From positions 128,001 through 192,000 of the forward strand of contig JBQPWD010000001.1 in the NCBI GenBank assembly GCA_052246995.1: a stretch of DNA of 64,000 nucleotides, in the 5' to 3' direction. Position numbers and translations under genes: made by a program. The notes beneath the pieces are model-generated. The model ran no database searches and was not told the DNA's origin. It worked only from the letters and a program-made list of their open reading frames with translations. The DNA is from Candidatus Bathyarchaeota archaeon (GTDB lineage: Archaea; Thermoproteota; Bathyarchaeia; Hecatellales; Hecatellaceae). Positions 30,071 to 41,391 of this stretch are shown here, piece after piece. The stretch's first letter is position 1. Each line of letters opens with the position of its first letter.

Positions 30071-31846
30071 TTGAAGGCTAAAGGTGAAATTATCCGTATT
30101 GCAGGTCCAGCGGTTGTTGCTAAAAATATGAGTGGAAGTCAAATGTACGAGCTTGTAATGGTTGGAGCGGAAAAACTTGTAGGCGAAATTATAAAGATTG
30201 AAGGTGATAAAGCTACAATCCAAGTTTATGAGGAAACCTCAGGTCTTAAACCAGGTGAACCTGTTGAAAGAACAGGTAAACCTTTATCTGTTGAACTTGG
30301 CCCAGGAATCATAGGACAAATTTACGATGGTATCCAAAGACCTTTACCGTTAATTTCTCAGGTTGTTGGGCCATTCCTTAGACGTGGTGTTGCTGTTACC
30401 TCTCTTGATAGGAATAAAAAGTGGACCTTTACTCCTAAAGTTAAGGTTGGAGATAAGGTTGTTGGTGGAGATGTTGTTGGTGAGGTACCCGAAACACCTC
30501 TTTTAAAACATAAAATTCTTGTCCCCCCGGATGTTGGTGGTACTGTTAAAGACATAGTTAAGGAGGGAGAATACACGGTAACAGAGCATATTGCAACAAT
30601 ATCTACATCTTCTGGTGAATTTAGGCTTTCTATGATGCAAACTTGGCCTGTTAGAGTAGGCAGGCCTTACAAGCTTAAACTTCCACCAGATACTCCTCTT
30701 TTAACAGGTCAAAGAATATTTGACACATTTTTCCCCATGGCTAAGGGTGGTCAAGGAGCTATACCTGGAGGTTTTGGTACAGGCAAAACTGTTATGCTTC
30801 ACCAGCTGGCTCAGTGGGCTGACACTCATGTAGTTGTTTATATTGGTTGCGGTGAGCGTGGAAACGAGATGGCGGAGGTTCTTGAAAGATTTCCTAAACT
30901 TAAAGATCCAAGGTCAGGTAGACCCTTAATGGAGAGAACTGTTCTTATTGCTAACACCTCTAACATGCCTATTGCCGCCAGAGAGGCAAGTATCTATACT
31001 GGAATAACTATAGGTGAATACTTTAGGGATATGGGATACGACGTAGCCTTAATGGCTGACTCAACCTCAAGATGGGCTGAAGCTTTAAGAGAAATTTCAG
31101 GTAGGCTTGAAGAAATGCCTGGTGAAGAGGGTTATCCAGCCTACCTTGCCTCACGTTTAGCCGAGTTTTATGAACGAGCTGGTAGAGTTGTAACTTTAGG
31201 TTCAGAGCATAGGGTTGGTTCTGTAAGCGTTGTTGGTGCTGTATCTCCTCCAGGTGCAGATTTCTCTGAACCTGTAACTCAAAACACGTTAAGAATTATT
31301 AAGGTGTTTTGGGGTTTAGATAAGAGTTTAGCCGAAAAAAGACATTTCCCAGCTATAAACTGGCTTACAAGCTATTCCCTATATTATGAAACGCTTGAAC
31401 AATGGTATTTAAAAAATGCGGCTTTAGACTGGTCTGAGCTTAGAAGTAAGGCTTTATGGCTTCTTCAAAGAGAGGAGGAGCTTCAAGAAATAGTTAGGCT
31501 TGTTGGTCCAGATGCACTCTCTGAAGCTCAAAGAGCAATATTGGAGGCTGCAAAAATGATTAGGGAGGATTTTTTAATGCAAAGTGCATATCATCCTGTT
31601 GATACCTACTGCTCTACTGACAAATGCTACAGCATGCTTAAGGTAATCATAAAGTTTTATGACGAGATGAAGAAGGCTGTTGAAGCTGGAGTGTTAATAA
31701 GAGATATAATCGCTCTTCCAATAGTTGAAGAGATATCCAGAATTAAGTTTTTGCCAAAAGATGAGGCTACAAAAGTTTGTAAGGAGCTTGAAACAAAAAT
31801 TTCTGAACATTTTAACTCTCTCAAAACTTCAACCACTCGGAGGTAA
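30071..31846 (+). CDS. atpA: A/V-type ATP synthase subunit A (no intein)
   Basis: P-loop GGFGTGKT, with motifs [17 protein letters not shown] and [10 protein letters not shown]. Confidence 0.98.
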   Translation: MKAKGEIIRIAGPAVVAKNMSGSQMYELVMVGAEKLVGEIIKIEGDKATIQVYEETSGLKPGEPVERTGKPLSVELGPGIIGQIYDGIQRPLPLISQVVGPFLRRGVAVTSLDRNKKWTFTPKVKVGDKVVGGDVVGEVPETPLLKHKILVPPDVGGTVKDIVKEGEYTVTEHIATISTSSGEFRLSMMQTWPVRVGRPYKLKLPPDTPLLTGQRIFDTFFPMAKGGQGAIPGGFGTGKTVMLHQLAQWADTHVVVYIGCGERGNEMAEVLERFPKLKDPRSGRPLMERTVLIANTSNMPIAAREASIYTGITIGEYFRDMGYDVALMADSTSRWAEALREISGRLEEMPGEEGYPAYLASRLAEFYERAGRVVTLGSEHRVGSVSVVGAVSPPGADFSEPVTQNTLRIIKVFWGLDKSLAEKRHFPAINWLTSYSLYYETLEQWYLKNAALDWSELRSKALWLLQREEELQEIVRLVGPDALSEAQRAILEAAKMIREDFLMQSAYHPVDTYCSTDKCYSMLKVIIKFYDEMKKAVEAGVLIRDIIALPIVEEISRIKFLPKDEATKVCKELETKISEHFNSLKTSTTRR

Positions 31847-31852
31847 GTTTTT

Positions 31853-33256
31853 ATGAGCAAGACAATTTTAACTGGCAAGGAATATACAACTGTTAAAGAA
31901 ATAGCGGGACCTCTTCTTTTTGTTGAAAGGACAAGCGGTATAGCTTATGGTGAAGTTGTAAAGGTTTATACTCCCACAGGTGAAGAAAGAACTGGCCAAG
32001 TTTTAGAGGTTTCTGAGAATGTTGCTGTTGTTCAAGTTTTTGAGGGGACTTCAGGTCTTGATGTTACAAAAACTGTTGCAAAATTTACAGGCGAGACTTT
32101 AAAGTTTCCAGTTTCAATGGATATAGTTGGAAGAATATTTGACGGTAGCGGTAAACCAGTTGACGGAGGGCCAGAAATAATTCCAGAAGACATCCGGGAT
32201 ATTCATGGAGCTCCTATAAACCCTCATTCTAGGGCTTATCCTGCGGAGTTTATTCAAACAGGTATTTCAGCCATAGATGGAATGAATACTCTTGTTCGTG
32301 GGCAGAAGCTTCCACTGTTCTCTGGTTCAGGTTTACCTCACAATCTTATAGCAGCTCAGATAGCTAGGCAAGCTAAAGTTCTAGGTAAGGAGGAAGAGTT
32401 TGCTGTTGTTTTTGCAGCTATGGGGATAACCGCTGATGAAGCTAGATTTTTTAGGGAAGACTTTGAACGTAGGGGTGCCATGGATAGAGTTGTAATGTTT
32501 ATTAACCTTGCAGATGACCCTGCAATTGAGAGAATAATTACCCCTAGACTTGCCTTAACTGCCGCAGAATTTTTAGCATTTGAATATGATATGCATATCC
32601 TTGTAATTTTAACTGATATGACAAATTATGCTGAAGCTTTAAGGGAGATTTCAGCTGCAAGAGAGGAGGTTCCCGGTAGGAGAGGATATCCTGGATATAT
32701 GTATACTGACCTAGCTACAATCTATGAGCGTGCTGGTAGAATTCATGGTAAAAAAGGTTCAATTACGCAGATACCCATACTTACCATGCCGCATGATGAT
32801 ATAACTCATCCAATTCCAGATTTAACAGGGTATATTACTGAGGGACAAATTTATGTTGAAAGAGCCCTGCATATGAAGGGTATTTATCCACCTATCAACG
32901 TTTTACCATCACTTTCAAGACTTATGAATGAGGGTATTGGCAAAGGTAAAACTAGGGAAGAACATAGGTATGTTGCTGACCAGCTGTATTATGCTTATGC
33001 TGAAGGTAGAAGTTTAAGGGAGCTTGTTGCAGTAATAGGTGAGGAAGCTCTCACAGAGAGAGATAGAAAATACTTGGAATTTGCCGATAGGTATGAAAGG
33101 GAATTTGTAAATCAAGGACCCTACGAGGAAAGGGATATAGAAAAAACCTTAGACCTTGGCTGGGAGCTTCTTACGATGTTTCCTGAAGCTGAGCTTAAAC
33201 GTATAGATCCAGTCTTCATAAAGAAGTATCATCCAAAATATCGTGGAAAAGTTTAG
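31853..33256 (+). CDS. atpB: A/V-type ATP synthase subunit B
   Basis: Motifs [25 protein letters not shown] and [13 protein letters not shown]. Confidence 0.98.
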   Translation: MSKTILTGKEYTTVKEIAGPLLFVERTSGIAYGEVVKVYTPTGEERTGQVLEVSENVAVVQVFEGTSGLDVTKTVAKFTGETLKFPVSMDIVGRIFDGSGKPVDGGPEIIPEDIRDIHGAPINPHSRAYPAEFIQTGISAIDGMNTLVRGQKLPLFSGSGLPHNLIAAQIARQAKVLGKEEEFAVVFAAMGITADEARFFREDFERRGAMDRVVMFINLADDPAIERIITPRLALTAAEFLAFEYDMHILVILTDMTNYAEALREISAAREEVPGRRGYPGYMYTDLATIYERAGRIHGKKGSITQIPILTMPHDDITHPIPDLTGYITEGQIYVERALHMKGIYPPINVLPSLSRLMNEGIGKGKTREEHRYVADQLYYAYAEGRSLRELVAVIGEEALTERDRKYLEFADRYEREFVNQGPYEERDIEKTLDLGWELLTMFPEAELKRIDPVFIKKYHPKYRGKV

Positions 33257-33273
33257 CATCGTAGGCTATTTTA

Positions 33274-33357
33274 ATGTTTGAAGTCTTAAAACCACTGATT
33301 CTTGTATTGTCTATTTTAGTTCTTATGCTAATCTTTTTTATTTTATATAGGTGGTAG
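33274..33357 (+). CDS. Putative 27-aa single-pass membrane peptide
   Basis: ATG ORF MFEVLKPLILVLSILVLMLIFFILYRW starts 17 nt after the atpB stop. It is below the ORF-track cutoff. Confidence 0.4.
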   Translation: MFEVLKPLILVLSILVLMLIFFILYRW

Positions 33358-33371
33358 GAGGTTAAAAAAGA

Positions 33372-33932
33372 ATTTTTCAACATAAAAAACTTTGCAAAAA
33401 AGTTTTTTTAACAGGTAAACCTGGAGTTGGTAAAACTACTGTTGTAGAGAAAGTTACCTCGATACTAAGAAGTAAAGGTTTTAAGGTTGGCGGAATGGTT
33501 ACGTTTGAAGTTAGAGAGGCTGGTGTGAGGAAAGGTTTTATGGTTACTGATATTTTAACTGGTAGAAAGGGAATTTTGGCATGGGTTGGTAGCTCTGAGC
33601 CTAAAATTGGAAAGTATAGTGTTAACATTAAAGAATTGGAGGAAGTTGGGGTTAATGCAATAAATGTCGCGTTGAATGATGCTGACATAATAGTTGTTGA
33701 TGAGGTTGGACCTATGGAGCTTCTTTCCAGCAAATTTAGGGATATTGTTAAAACTTTAATCAATGTTCACAAACCTGTTATTGGCGTGGTTCATTATAGG
33801 TTTAAGGACTTGTTGTTTAAGGATGTTAAGGGAATCAGCAGTGTTGAGATTTTTGAAGTTTCTGTTGATAATAGAGAAAGCTTGGCTGGAAAAGTTGTAG
33901 ATGTTCTTTTACCTAAGACAAACTTAACCTAA
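33372..33932 (+). CDS. Nucleoside-triphosphatase (THEP1/COG1618 NTPase)
   Basis: The frame extends 5' of the called ATG (33495) through Walker A LTGKPGVGKTT. Walker B is IVVDEVGPME. The start is probably ATT at 33372. Confidence 0.88.
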   Translation: MFQHKKLCKKVFLTGKPGVGKTTVVEKVTSILRSKGFKVGGMVTFEVREAGVRKGFMVTDILTGRKGILAWVGSSEPKIGKYSVNIKELEEVGVNAINVALNDADIIVVDEVGPMELLSSKFRDIVKTLINVHKPVIGVVHYRFKDLLFKDVKGISSVEIFEVSVDNRESLAGKVVDVLLPKTNLT

Positions 33933-34510
33933 AACCCTAAAATATGGAAAAAAATCAGTATTGATGCAACAATTATACCTATTGTCATCATTTTTAAACC
34001 TTGTATAACAATGTTCTCTTTTGAAACCTTCCCAAGGAATAATCCGAGCATGAAGAGTAGTGTAAGTGTTAAACCTAAAAAGCAGTAAAAAGCTTCTTCA
34101 AATGTTATCAAATTTAAGTATGTAATGAAGAATGGCGTGATTGCTATTATTATAGTAAGTACAGGAGATACTCCGTGAATAAACGCCGCTCCTATTACAG
34201 TAACCTTTGCCGCTTTGTCTAAAAAGGAGTTTTTTAGGCTTGTAAAGAGCGTAGTTTCCAAGTCCTTTAACTGTTTTACTCTTTCAGCTTTTTCACTCAT
34301 GTAAGCACCAAAGAAACCTGAAAGACTCATGGCTAAGCATGCTCCCAAACATGATCCGATAATAATGCTTGGATTTTTTACTCCAACAACATATTCTCCC
34401 ACAACCATACCTAAAATTGATAAAGCTCCATCAAACGCATTTAAAATAAAATATCTTCTTAACATCTCTTCAGCCTTTAAAGCCCTTAAATAATGTTTAA
34501 ACTTTCTCAT
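33929..34510 (-). CDS. VIT1/CCC1 family membrane protein
   Basis: Motifs RRYFILNAFDG and SGFFGAYMSEKAE, with about 5 TM segments. Confidence 0.85.
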   Translation of the reverse strand: MRKFKHYLRALKAEEMLRRYFILNAFDGALSILGMVVGEYVVGVKNPSIIIGSCLGACLAMSLSGFFGAYMSEKAERVKQLKDLETTLFTSLKNSFLDKAAKVTVIGAAFIHGVSPVLTIIIAITPFFITYLNLITFEEAFYCFLGLTLTLLFMLGLFLGKVSKENIVIQGLKMMTIGIIVASILIFFHILGF

Positions 34511-34646
34511 AACCGATTTTTCTCCAACCTAATACCCTTAAATTAGTTCTAAATCTGCTTCTTCCACTTTACTATCATTTATTTTGTAACAGCAGTGTTT
34601 AAGTTTAACGAAAACCATAAAAATTTTAGTAAAGGTTGAGGCAAAA

Positions 34647-34934
34647 ATGCCTGCAAAACTGCCTGTATTTATAAGAAGAATAGTTGTTGACTCATTAAAA
34701 CCTAGAGAAACACCAATCATAGAATTATCCAAAGCTTTATGCCATGTTGATGGAGTTGAAGAAGTTGACATAGCAGTAACAGAGGTTGATGTTAAAACTG
34801 AAACTATCAGACTTACAATCACGGGTTCAGATATAAACTACGAAAACATTGCCAAAGTTTTAAGCGAGTATGGAGTTGCAGTAAGAAGTATAGATGAAAT
34901 AAATGTAAGTAAAAAACTAGCAAAAACTCCGTAA
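34647..34934 (+). CDS. DUF211 family protein
   Basis: Motifs IRRIVVDSLKP and GVAVRSIDE. Divergent from the VIT1-like gene. Confidence 0.82.
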   Translation: MPAKLPVFIRRIVVDSLKPRETPIIELSKALCHVDGVEEVDIAVTEVDVKTETIRLTITGSDINYENIAKVLSEYGVAVRSIDEINVSKKLAKTP

Positions 34935-35457
34935 TTCATGGTTTTTTACAAAAATGGTTTAGATCCAAATTCCATTTTAGAGTGTTTAATTCAATATTCC
35001 CAAGTGAGACAAGTGCCAAAGTTCCCTTCAACTTAGGAGGTAACAAGGATATATATCTACGGTTTAAACCGTGAAGATGCAAGCTCCTCAAGCTTTTCAG
35101 AACCTGTTATACTGCAATAAAGAAGTTTGTTGAAATCAACCTCCCAAACCTCTTTGTAAGCTGGAAAAGGGTTGCTTTCAAGGCTGTGGAGGGTTAAGGA
35201 GGATAGAATTTTAACTGAAAACACGAACGACGGAAAAATATGTATCAACGAAGACCAACTCTTTATCGTGAAAACTCTACATCCCAAAAACAGTTCAGCG
35301 ATTGAACCAGGTTAGACCAAAACCTGAAGGAATATCATTATTAACTCCAAGTATCTCATCTTTAACCAGCGATGTAGGTGATTTCACTTGGTGGAGAATG
35401 TCAATAGTTACTAGGATGTTAAGGAAAAGATAAATTACCTCTTGAATTTATAATTAC

Positions 35458-35524
35458 TTGGAGCGTTGATGACTCAGAGTTAGAATGAATATAAATGTGT
35501 TAAAGGCATTTATCTGAGCTCCAA
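35458..35524 (+). ncRNA. C/D-box guide sRNA candidate
   Basis: A 7-bp terminal stem TTGGAGC/GCTCCAA encloses box C TGATGA (35467-35472) and canonical box D CTGA (35514-35517). An internal ATGA could serve as D'. Confidence 0.7.
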
Positions 35525-35582
35525 CAAAATATGGAGTGCTACTTATTGGATAATAAACCTTGAGGGGTAAGAGGGTTAATTA

Positions 35583-36410
35583 ATGGTTACTTGGAAGGAT
35601 AAGACTTTAAAATGGTTTTCTAGTGTTGCTAGGTTTTTTGTTGCAAATAAGCTTTTTATAAAGCTTTACGAGTTAATGCTGTGGCATCAAGTTAAGAATG
35701 GTGAGATTCCTAAGCATATTGCTGTGATTCTTGATGGTAACAGAAGATGGGCTTCATCAAAGGGGTTGAATGTTTTTGATGGACATCATGAAGGAGCTAA
35801 GAAGGCTGAAAGTTTTCTTGAATGGTGTCTTGAGCTAGGTAAAGTTCAAACTGTAACTCTTTATGTTTTTTCAACAGAAAACTTTAAACGTCCTAAGGAG
35901 GAGGTTGACCACATCTTTAACCTGTTAGAAGAATATCTTAGTCGGTTGCATACAGACTCAAGAATATTGGAGAAAAAAGTTAGAGTTAAAGTTTTAGGGC
36001 GAATAGAAAACCTACCTGAAAACCTTAGAAACCTCATAAGAGAGGTTGAATCTTTAACTTGGAAACATGACAACTACTATCTTAACTTGGCGGTAGCTTA
36101 TGGTGGAAGGGCTGAAATTGTTGATGCTGTAAAGTCTATAGCTTCGAAGGTTGCTGAAAAGAAGCTTTCAGTAGAAGAAATAGATGAAAAAACGATAGAA
36201 GAACACCTCTACACAAGTTTTCTACCAAATCCTTATCCAGATTTAATAATAAGAACATCTGGGGAGGAAAGGTTAAGCAACTTCTTACTGTGGCAGAGTG
36301 CTTATAGCGAGCTTTGCTTTTTAGATGTTTACTGGCCAAGCTTTAGAAAAATCGATTTTTTACGTGCTATTAGAGTTTATCAGCAAAGGCAAAGAAGGTT
36401 TGGTGCTTAA
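35583..36410 (+). CDS. uppS: cis-prenyltransferase (undecaprenyl diphosphate synthase family)
   Basis: Motifs HIAVILDGNRRWA, FSTENFKR, YGGRAEI and IRTSGEERLSNFLLWQ. Confidence 0.96.
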   Translation: MVTWKDKTLKWFSSVARFFVANKLFIKLYELMLWHQVKNGEIPKHIAVILDGNRRWASSKGLNVFDGHHEGAKKAESFLEWCLELGKVQTVTLYVFSTENFKRPKEEVDHIFNLLEEYLSRLHTDSRILEKKVRVKVLGRIENLPENLRNLIREVESLTWKHDNYYLNLAVAYGGRAEIVDAVKSIASKVAEKKLSVEEIDEKTIEEHLYTSFLPNPYPDLIIRTSGEERLSNFLLWQSAYSELCFLDVYWPSFRKIDFLRAIRVYQQRQRRFGA

Positions 36411-36415
36411 AGATG

Positions 36416-37624
36416 CTAGTGGCCTATAATCTTTAAAATTTCTTTTTCAAGCTTTTCAGCTGAAACAGGTAAGCCTATAAGTGTTGTTTTTCCACGATGT
36501 CCTTTACTTGAACTTTTTGTTGAAATAATTCCTGTTAAACTTAAACTTTTAACGTATTTCCAAAGTTGGACATGTGCTCTAGCTTTTTCCCCAAATTCTT
36601 CACAAACAACATTATACTCTTTTTCAACCTCTCCCATGGATATGTAGGCTGAAGCGTTTTCCTTTAGAAGTCTACATATTGAGAGAACTAGAAATTTTTC
36701 ATGTAAACTTAAAAGTTTAAGGTCCTCAACTTTTAGGGATGGGTGGGCATAAGCTTGGGCATTTCTAACATGCTCAGGTTTAACTTTTTCTGAGTTTTCG
36801 TTTTCAGCGTATTTTCCAGCAAGCCATAAAAGTTCAATAGCAAACCTTGCATCTCCAAATTTTCCAGACAAATCTGCAATAAGTTCAATGGTGTCAGGTA
36901 AGACGGCGTTTTCCTTGAAAGCCTCTTTAATTCTCCACTCCAGGATATCTTTAAGCTGAACTGAGGTGTACTTTTCAAGCCTTATCACGTGAAAACCTAG
37001 TGTTGAAAGTGTACTTCTGTCAATCATTTTAAAAACTTCTTCGCATTCTGGTTCTCTAAAAATGCAGATAAGAGCTATCCTTCTAGGTGTGTTTGGGGGT
37101 TTATCCTCATAAAAACGTGTAATGCTAAAAAGAGGTTCACACCCATCCTTTCTAATTAGCGATTCAAGTTCGTCTAATGTTAAAATCATAAAAATGTTGT
37201 TCTTGTTTAGAATATCGACAAGAAACCCTAAAAGCTCTTGTGCAGAGTATCCTCTTTTTGGAAAATCTTTTTTAAAGTTGCGTAGGATAATGTTTTTTAA
37301 CGCGTTGTAGAAGCTACCTTCTGCTCTACAGTTTACATGAACATACTTAACGTTAACCTTTTTTTCTAGGGCATATTTTTCAAAATCTAATCCAAAACGT
37401 TTTGATAAAGCAGTTTTACCAGTTCCAAGCTGACCTCGAATAATAACCCTGGGAAGGATCTTACCTGGAGAGCTTACCAGGGGTTTAAATGTTGTTACTA
37501 AAATTTTAAGCTCTTTTTCTCTGTGGGGTAGGTAGGGTGGCACATAGTCAAGTGAAAGTTTTCCCTCGTCCTTAAAAACGATGCTCATCCTGCTAGAATT
37601 AGTGGCCAGTTTCGTAATCACCAC
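36416..37624 (-). CDS. cdc6: Cdc6/Orc1 replication initiator
   Basis: Motif YVPPYLPHRE, Walker A GQLGTGKT, Walker B LTLDELE, sensor GDARFA and a winged-helix GHRGKT. The start may be the ATG at 37588. Confidence 0.94.
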   Translation of the reverse strand: MVITKLATNSSRMSIVFKDEGKLSLDYVPPYLPHREKELKILVTTFKPLVSSPGKILPRVIIRGQLGTGKTALSKRFGLDFEKYALEKKVNVKYVHVNCRAEGSFYNALKNIILRNFKKDFPKRGYSAQELLGFLVDILNKNNIFMILTLDELESLIRKDGCEPLFSITRFYEDKPPNTPRRIALICIFREPECEEVFKMIDRSTLSTLGFHVIRLEKYTSVQLKDILEWRIKEAFKENAVLPDTIELIADLSGKFGDARFAIELLWLAGKYAENENSEKVKPEHVRNAQAYAHPSLKVEDLKLLSLHEKFLVLSICRLLKENASAYISMGEVEKEYNVVCEEFGEKARAHVQLWKYVKSLSLTGIISTKSSSKGHRGKTTLIGLPVSAEKLEKEILKIIGH

Positions 37625-38180
37625 AAACCTTAAAAACTAATCACCAATAAAAATCTTTTTCTTCTTTCAAGTCAAAAATTTTCACTATTAGGCTAAACCT
37701 GAGAAAACAGTCGCGAGAAGAGGATTTAAAAAAACAAAAACTAGTTGTAAATTTGGAAAATTGGAAATTTGGTAATGGTTTGTCCATTCAATTTTAAAGC
37801 GTGGAGGTTGAGCTGGAGTTAGGCTAACTTTCCTTTTTTATGGTTGTTTTTCCACCCATTAAACCTATCTTTTAAATCTAAGACTATATCGACTACAAGT
37901 AGAACTGCTACGATAGTCCAAAGTATGTCAATAGGTTGCAAAGAAAACACCTCCTTTAAGGCTAAAGGTTAGTAGGTTGACTTTTAAAAATTCTTTTTTA
38001 ACTTGGATGGTTAAAACGTTTCTCGATATTGGTTGGCCCTTATAGGTTCTGGTTTAAAAAAGCTGGTTTAAACTCTCTTATATAGGTTTTTTTGCAGGAA
38101 AATGTTCATATGTAATGTATATATTTTCTAAATTTAGGTTTTTCAGCAGCAAAAATCATATTCATATCTGGCTGGTAAAC

Positions 38181-38948
38181 TTGCTTAAACTTGCAGATTC
38201 TCATGTACATCTTGACGAGCTTGAAAATCTTGAGGAAGTGTTGAAGGATTGCAGAAATGTTGGTGTTTTGGCTGTTGTTGGTGTAGGCTCAAACCAAGCC
38301 TCAAACATTTACCTAACCAACCTTCCAGCTGAGTATTATGGCGTAAAAATATACATTACGCTTGGCATCCATCCGTGGGCTGTCACCTTAGAGAAAGAGA
38401 AACCTGATTTAACGCTTAAACTGGTTGAGGAAAAAGCTGGTAAGATTGTTGGTGTAGGAGAGGTTGGCCTAGATTTTTGGCTTAAGGAGGCAAGAAAAAG
38501 CCAAGATGTTAAAGATTTACAGGTAAACGTGTTTAAGTTTTTTCTTCATGTTGCAAAAGAGCATGGAAAACCTGTAATTATTCATTCAAGAGGTGCTTGG
38601 GAAGAATGTCTAAATCTTGCTGAAAAGGTTGGTGTGGAAAAAGCAGTATTCCACTGGTTTACAGGACCACTTAACATTTTAAAAAGAATTGTGGATGATG
38701 ATTACTTTATCTCCGTAACTCCCGCAGTACGCTATAGTAAGGAGCATCAGTTAGTTGTTAAAAATACTCCGCTGGAAAACATTTTAATTGAAACAGATTC
38801 ACCTGTGAAGTATGGGGGAGTTCCAGCTAAACCTTCAGATGTGATAAGAAGTTTGGAGGGTGTTGTAAAAATTAAAGGTTTAAGTATTGAGGAAGTTGCC
38901 AACGTTGTAGCAAAAAATTTTGAAAAAGTTTTTAATGTAAAATTGTAA
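38181..38948 (+). CDS. tatD: TatD family hydrolase
   Basis: Motifs DSHVH, GIHP, GEVGLD, IHSR, FHWF and ETDSP. The TTG at 38181 is the likely start. Confidence 0.93.
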   Translation: MLKLADSHVHLDELENLEEVLKDCRNVGVLAVVGVGSNQASNIYLTNLPAEYYGVKIYITLGIHPWAVTLEKEKPDLTLKLVEEKAGKIVGVGEVGLDFWLKEARKSQDVKDLQVNVFKFFLHVAKEHGKPVIIHSRGAWEECLNLAEKVGVEKAVFHWFTGPLNILKRIVDDDYFISVTPAVRYSKEHQLVVKNTPLENILIETDSPVKYGGVPAKPSDVIRSLEGVVKIKGLSIEEVANVVAKNFEKVFNVKL

Positions 38949-39059
38949 GCTAAAATTCCTTTTGATTATTCTTCCTCATTGTGGAAGTAGGCTTTAGGTG
39001 GTTTAGCTTATCCGTAAAAGATGCTCAACGTAACTTAATACAATTTTATAAACCCAAAT

Positions 39060-39620
39060 CTACAAATTTTTCCATAAGTTTTCCGTAACGCCCTTTATTT
39101 CAAGTTTTCCTTTCAATTTTTCTACAATTGGCTGTACATCTTTCCACTCTTCTTCCGTTAGTGGGGGGACACCTACTCTCGTAACTATTGTTTTGATCAG
39201 TTGTTTTGTGTTTGCTTCCCCAGATTCGGTTTTTGGTACAATTAGCCATATATCGTAAAACAGGGTCGACTTGAATGTTCTTGGTATTTCTGCAAGGAAT
39301 TCAAGTAAGAGACTATCTTCGGTTTCAGCTCCAGACCTGTAAAAGACTTTCTTCAATGTTGCAATGAAAATGCTAGTAGGCAGGAAGAACGCTAAAGCTA
39401 AATTTTTTATAATCTGGCTAGTTGAAATTGTTATGCCGCTTGATTCGGCAATTCTATCAATGGCTGCTTTAGCTTCATCCCTATCTAACTCCTTAAATGA
39501 GATATTCATCTTCTTAAGCATTTCAATTAAAGGTTTTCTGACGATAAAACCCAAACCGAAGGTTTTGGAAGCCTTATCTAGAAACCTTTTGCTCGTGTAC
39601 AGTACGAAGGGTTCAGACAT
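39060..39620 (-). CDS. Hypothetical protein
   Basis: 186-aa ATG ORF with an SD-like upstream sequence and globular composition. No motif recognised. Confidence 0.7.
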   Translation of the reverse strand: MSEPFVLYTSKRFLDKASKTFGLGFIVRKPLIEMLKKMNISFKELDRDEAKAAIDRIAESSGITISTSQIIKNLALAFFLPTSIFIATLKKVFYRSGAETEDSLLLEFLAEIPRTFKSTLFYDIWLIVPKTESGEANTKQLIKTIVTRVGVPPLTEEEWKDVQPIVEKLKGKLEIKGVTENLWKNL

Positions 39621-39674
39621 GGCTAAAACACCTACAATACAAATGTTCAGTTTAAAGCTTTAAAAAACTTCTTC

Positions 39675-41270
39675 TCATTTTTTTCGTTTTGTATAGTAAA
39701 GGAGTGTTGCCGCTGTCATGAATACTACAATAACTATAGCTAAAGTCCATGTTAACCCCCATTGGAATTCTGGACCGGATGGTGTTGGCAAGGATACTGG
39801 TCCCTCTCCTGTTCTGAAACGGATCTCTATGTAATGTTTTGAATGTTCATATGTAAAGTTTATGTTTACACGGTCAACGTTTTCGCTTTTGTTAAATGGT
39901 ATGGGTTTGCCGTCAAAAAGCACTTCTACTTGTCCGTCTGCAATGTTTTTTGGAATGTCAAGCTTGACAAAGCCTTTTGTTCCGCTTTTTCCTTGAACTT
40001 GGAATGACAAGGTTTGGTTTTCCAGATTATATTTGAAGTTTGATATCCCAGAGTTGGAGGTCAGTAGAACAATTTGCCCTTCAACGATGTAGCTGAAGGT
40101 CATCAAAGGAAGCTCACTTGTAGGCTCCATTAAAGGATATCTGTCAACTGCTCTCCCACTAGCCAAGTATGGTTTATCACCTATACCGTCCTTGCCAGGC
40201 TGATCTTGGTTTGTTCCGCTTTTCTCATCCACCCCGACATAATCGCTCCAGTAGTTTCCTCCGGCAGGGTAACCGTTATCCCAAACACAACGAGGCGGGT
40301 TGCCGTATGCTCGTCCATTTTCAACAAAGTTGTTATGGAAAACATGTGCAATCACATCTGTAAGGTAATCAGTTTCTATGAAAATGCTTACATTATTCTT
40401 CACGAAGTTGTTTTCAGAATCTGCACCCGTTGCACCCATTATACTGTTTCCTGATATTATGCATGACTTTGCTCCCATGAGAACTACACCCACTTGGCAG
40501 CCAACAATAGTGTTGTTAAGGATAGCTACGTTAAACACATCACTGAGAAAGATGCCATGTCTTTCATAGGATTCCAAGATAAGTGTCCATATCCCAGTAG
40601 CATGGTAAAGCTCTAAACCATCTAAGCCCCCCTCTATCCTCATTGACTTAACTGTGACATTTTCCTTGCAGGATGCTTTAGTTTGTACAACTGCTACCCC
40701 TCCCTTAAGCCTATGACCACAACCGTCAAGGATAATGTTGTCCCTTTTAATCACAATTGTAGCGTCAACGTTGTTAGTAAGGCTGTAAACCCTAAAGTCT
40801 CCGGAAACAATTAATGGTGTGAGTGGAGAGACGTATCCATCCGGATTTATGGTTATGAGGCTTCCACTTGTAGGATATGGATCATAGTAGTCGAAGATGA
40901 TGTCGCCTATCTGCATTCCACCGATGGGAAGGTTGACGACGTTGAAACCGAGGTCGTCGAACACTGAACTACCGAAGGGACATCTTCCCCAGAAGTGTTA
41001 ACTCAATCCAGTCGTTGTCAAAACGTCGATCTAACTCCGCATACGTATCGTCTGTGTTTATATACATCCAGATTTCCAAACTAATACATTTTTATTAATG
41101 TTAAATCTATATGCAGACTCATCGCCACCTTCGTAATAAACCTCCCACCAAAAAGTCTCGGATGCTTCACCATTAACCGTTGAAACAACAATCCCTGTGT
41201 AGCATGTTTGTAATAATATAAGGAGGAGAAGCAGGCCTGCCATTCTTCTTAATGAATATGTCAGTACCAT
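39675..41270 (-). pseudogene. Disrupted cell-surface NosD/CASH beta-helix protein with C-terminal membrane anchor
   Basis: The signal-peptide ORF (ATG 41270, stop 41058) is in the same frame as 40964-39675 but is separated from it by three stops. Motifs ITINPDG, LDGCG, HNNF, WDNGYPAGGNYWSDY, DGIGDKPY and DRYPL, plus a TM and KRKK tail. Confidence 0.7.
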
Positions 41271-41391
41271 AACTTTAAGTAAAGATGGGGAAGATTTTAA
41301 AAATGTTACGTAGAGGCATGTGCAGTTTTTCTTTAAAAGCCGAAACTTTTTTAAATTATTTGAGACATCCCCAAAAACAGGTGTGAATTGG

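Noticed and set aside
35057-35287. 76-aa minus-strand ORF in the gap between DUF211 and uppS
   Set aside because: No recognisable motif or SD. The other frames are also broken, so a gene call is unsupported.
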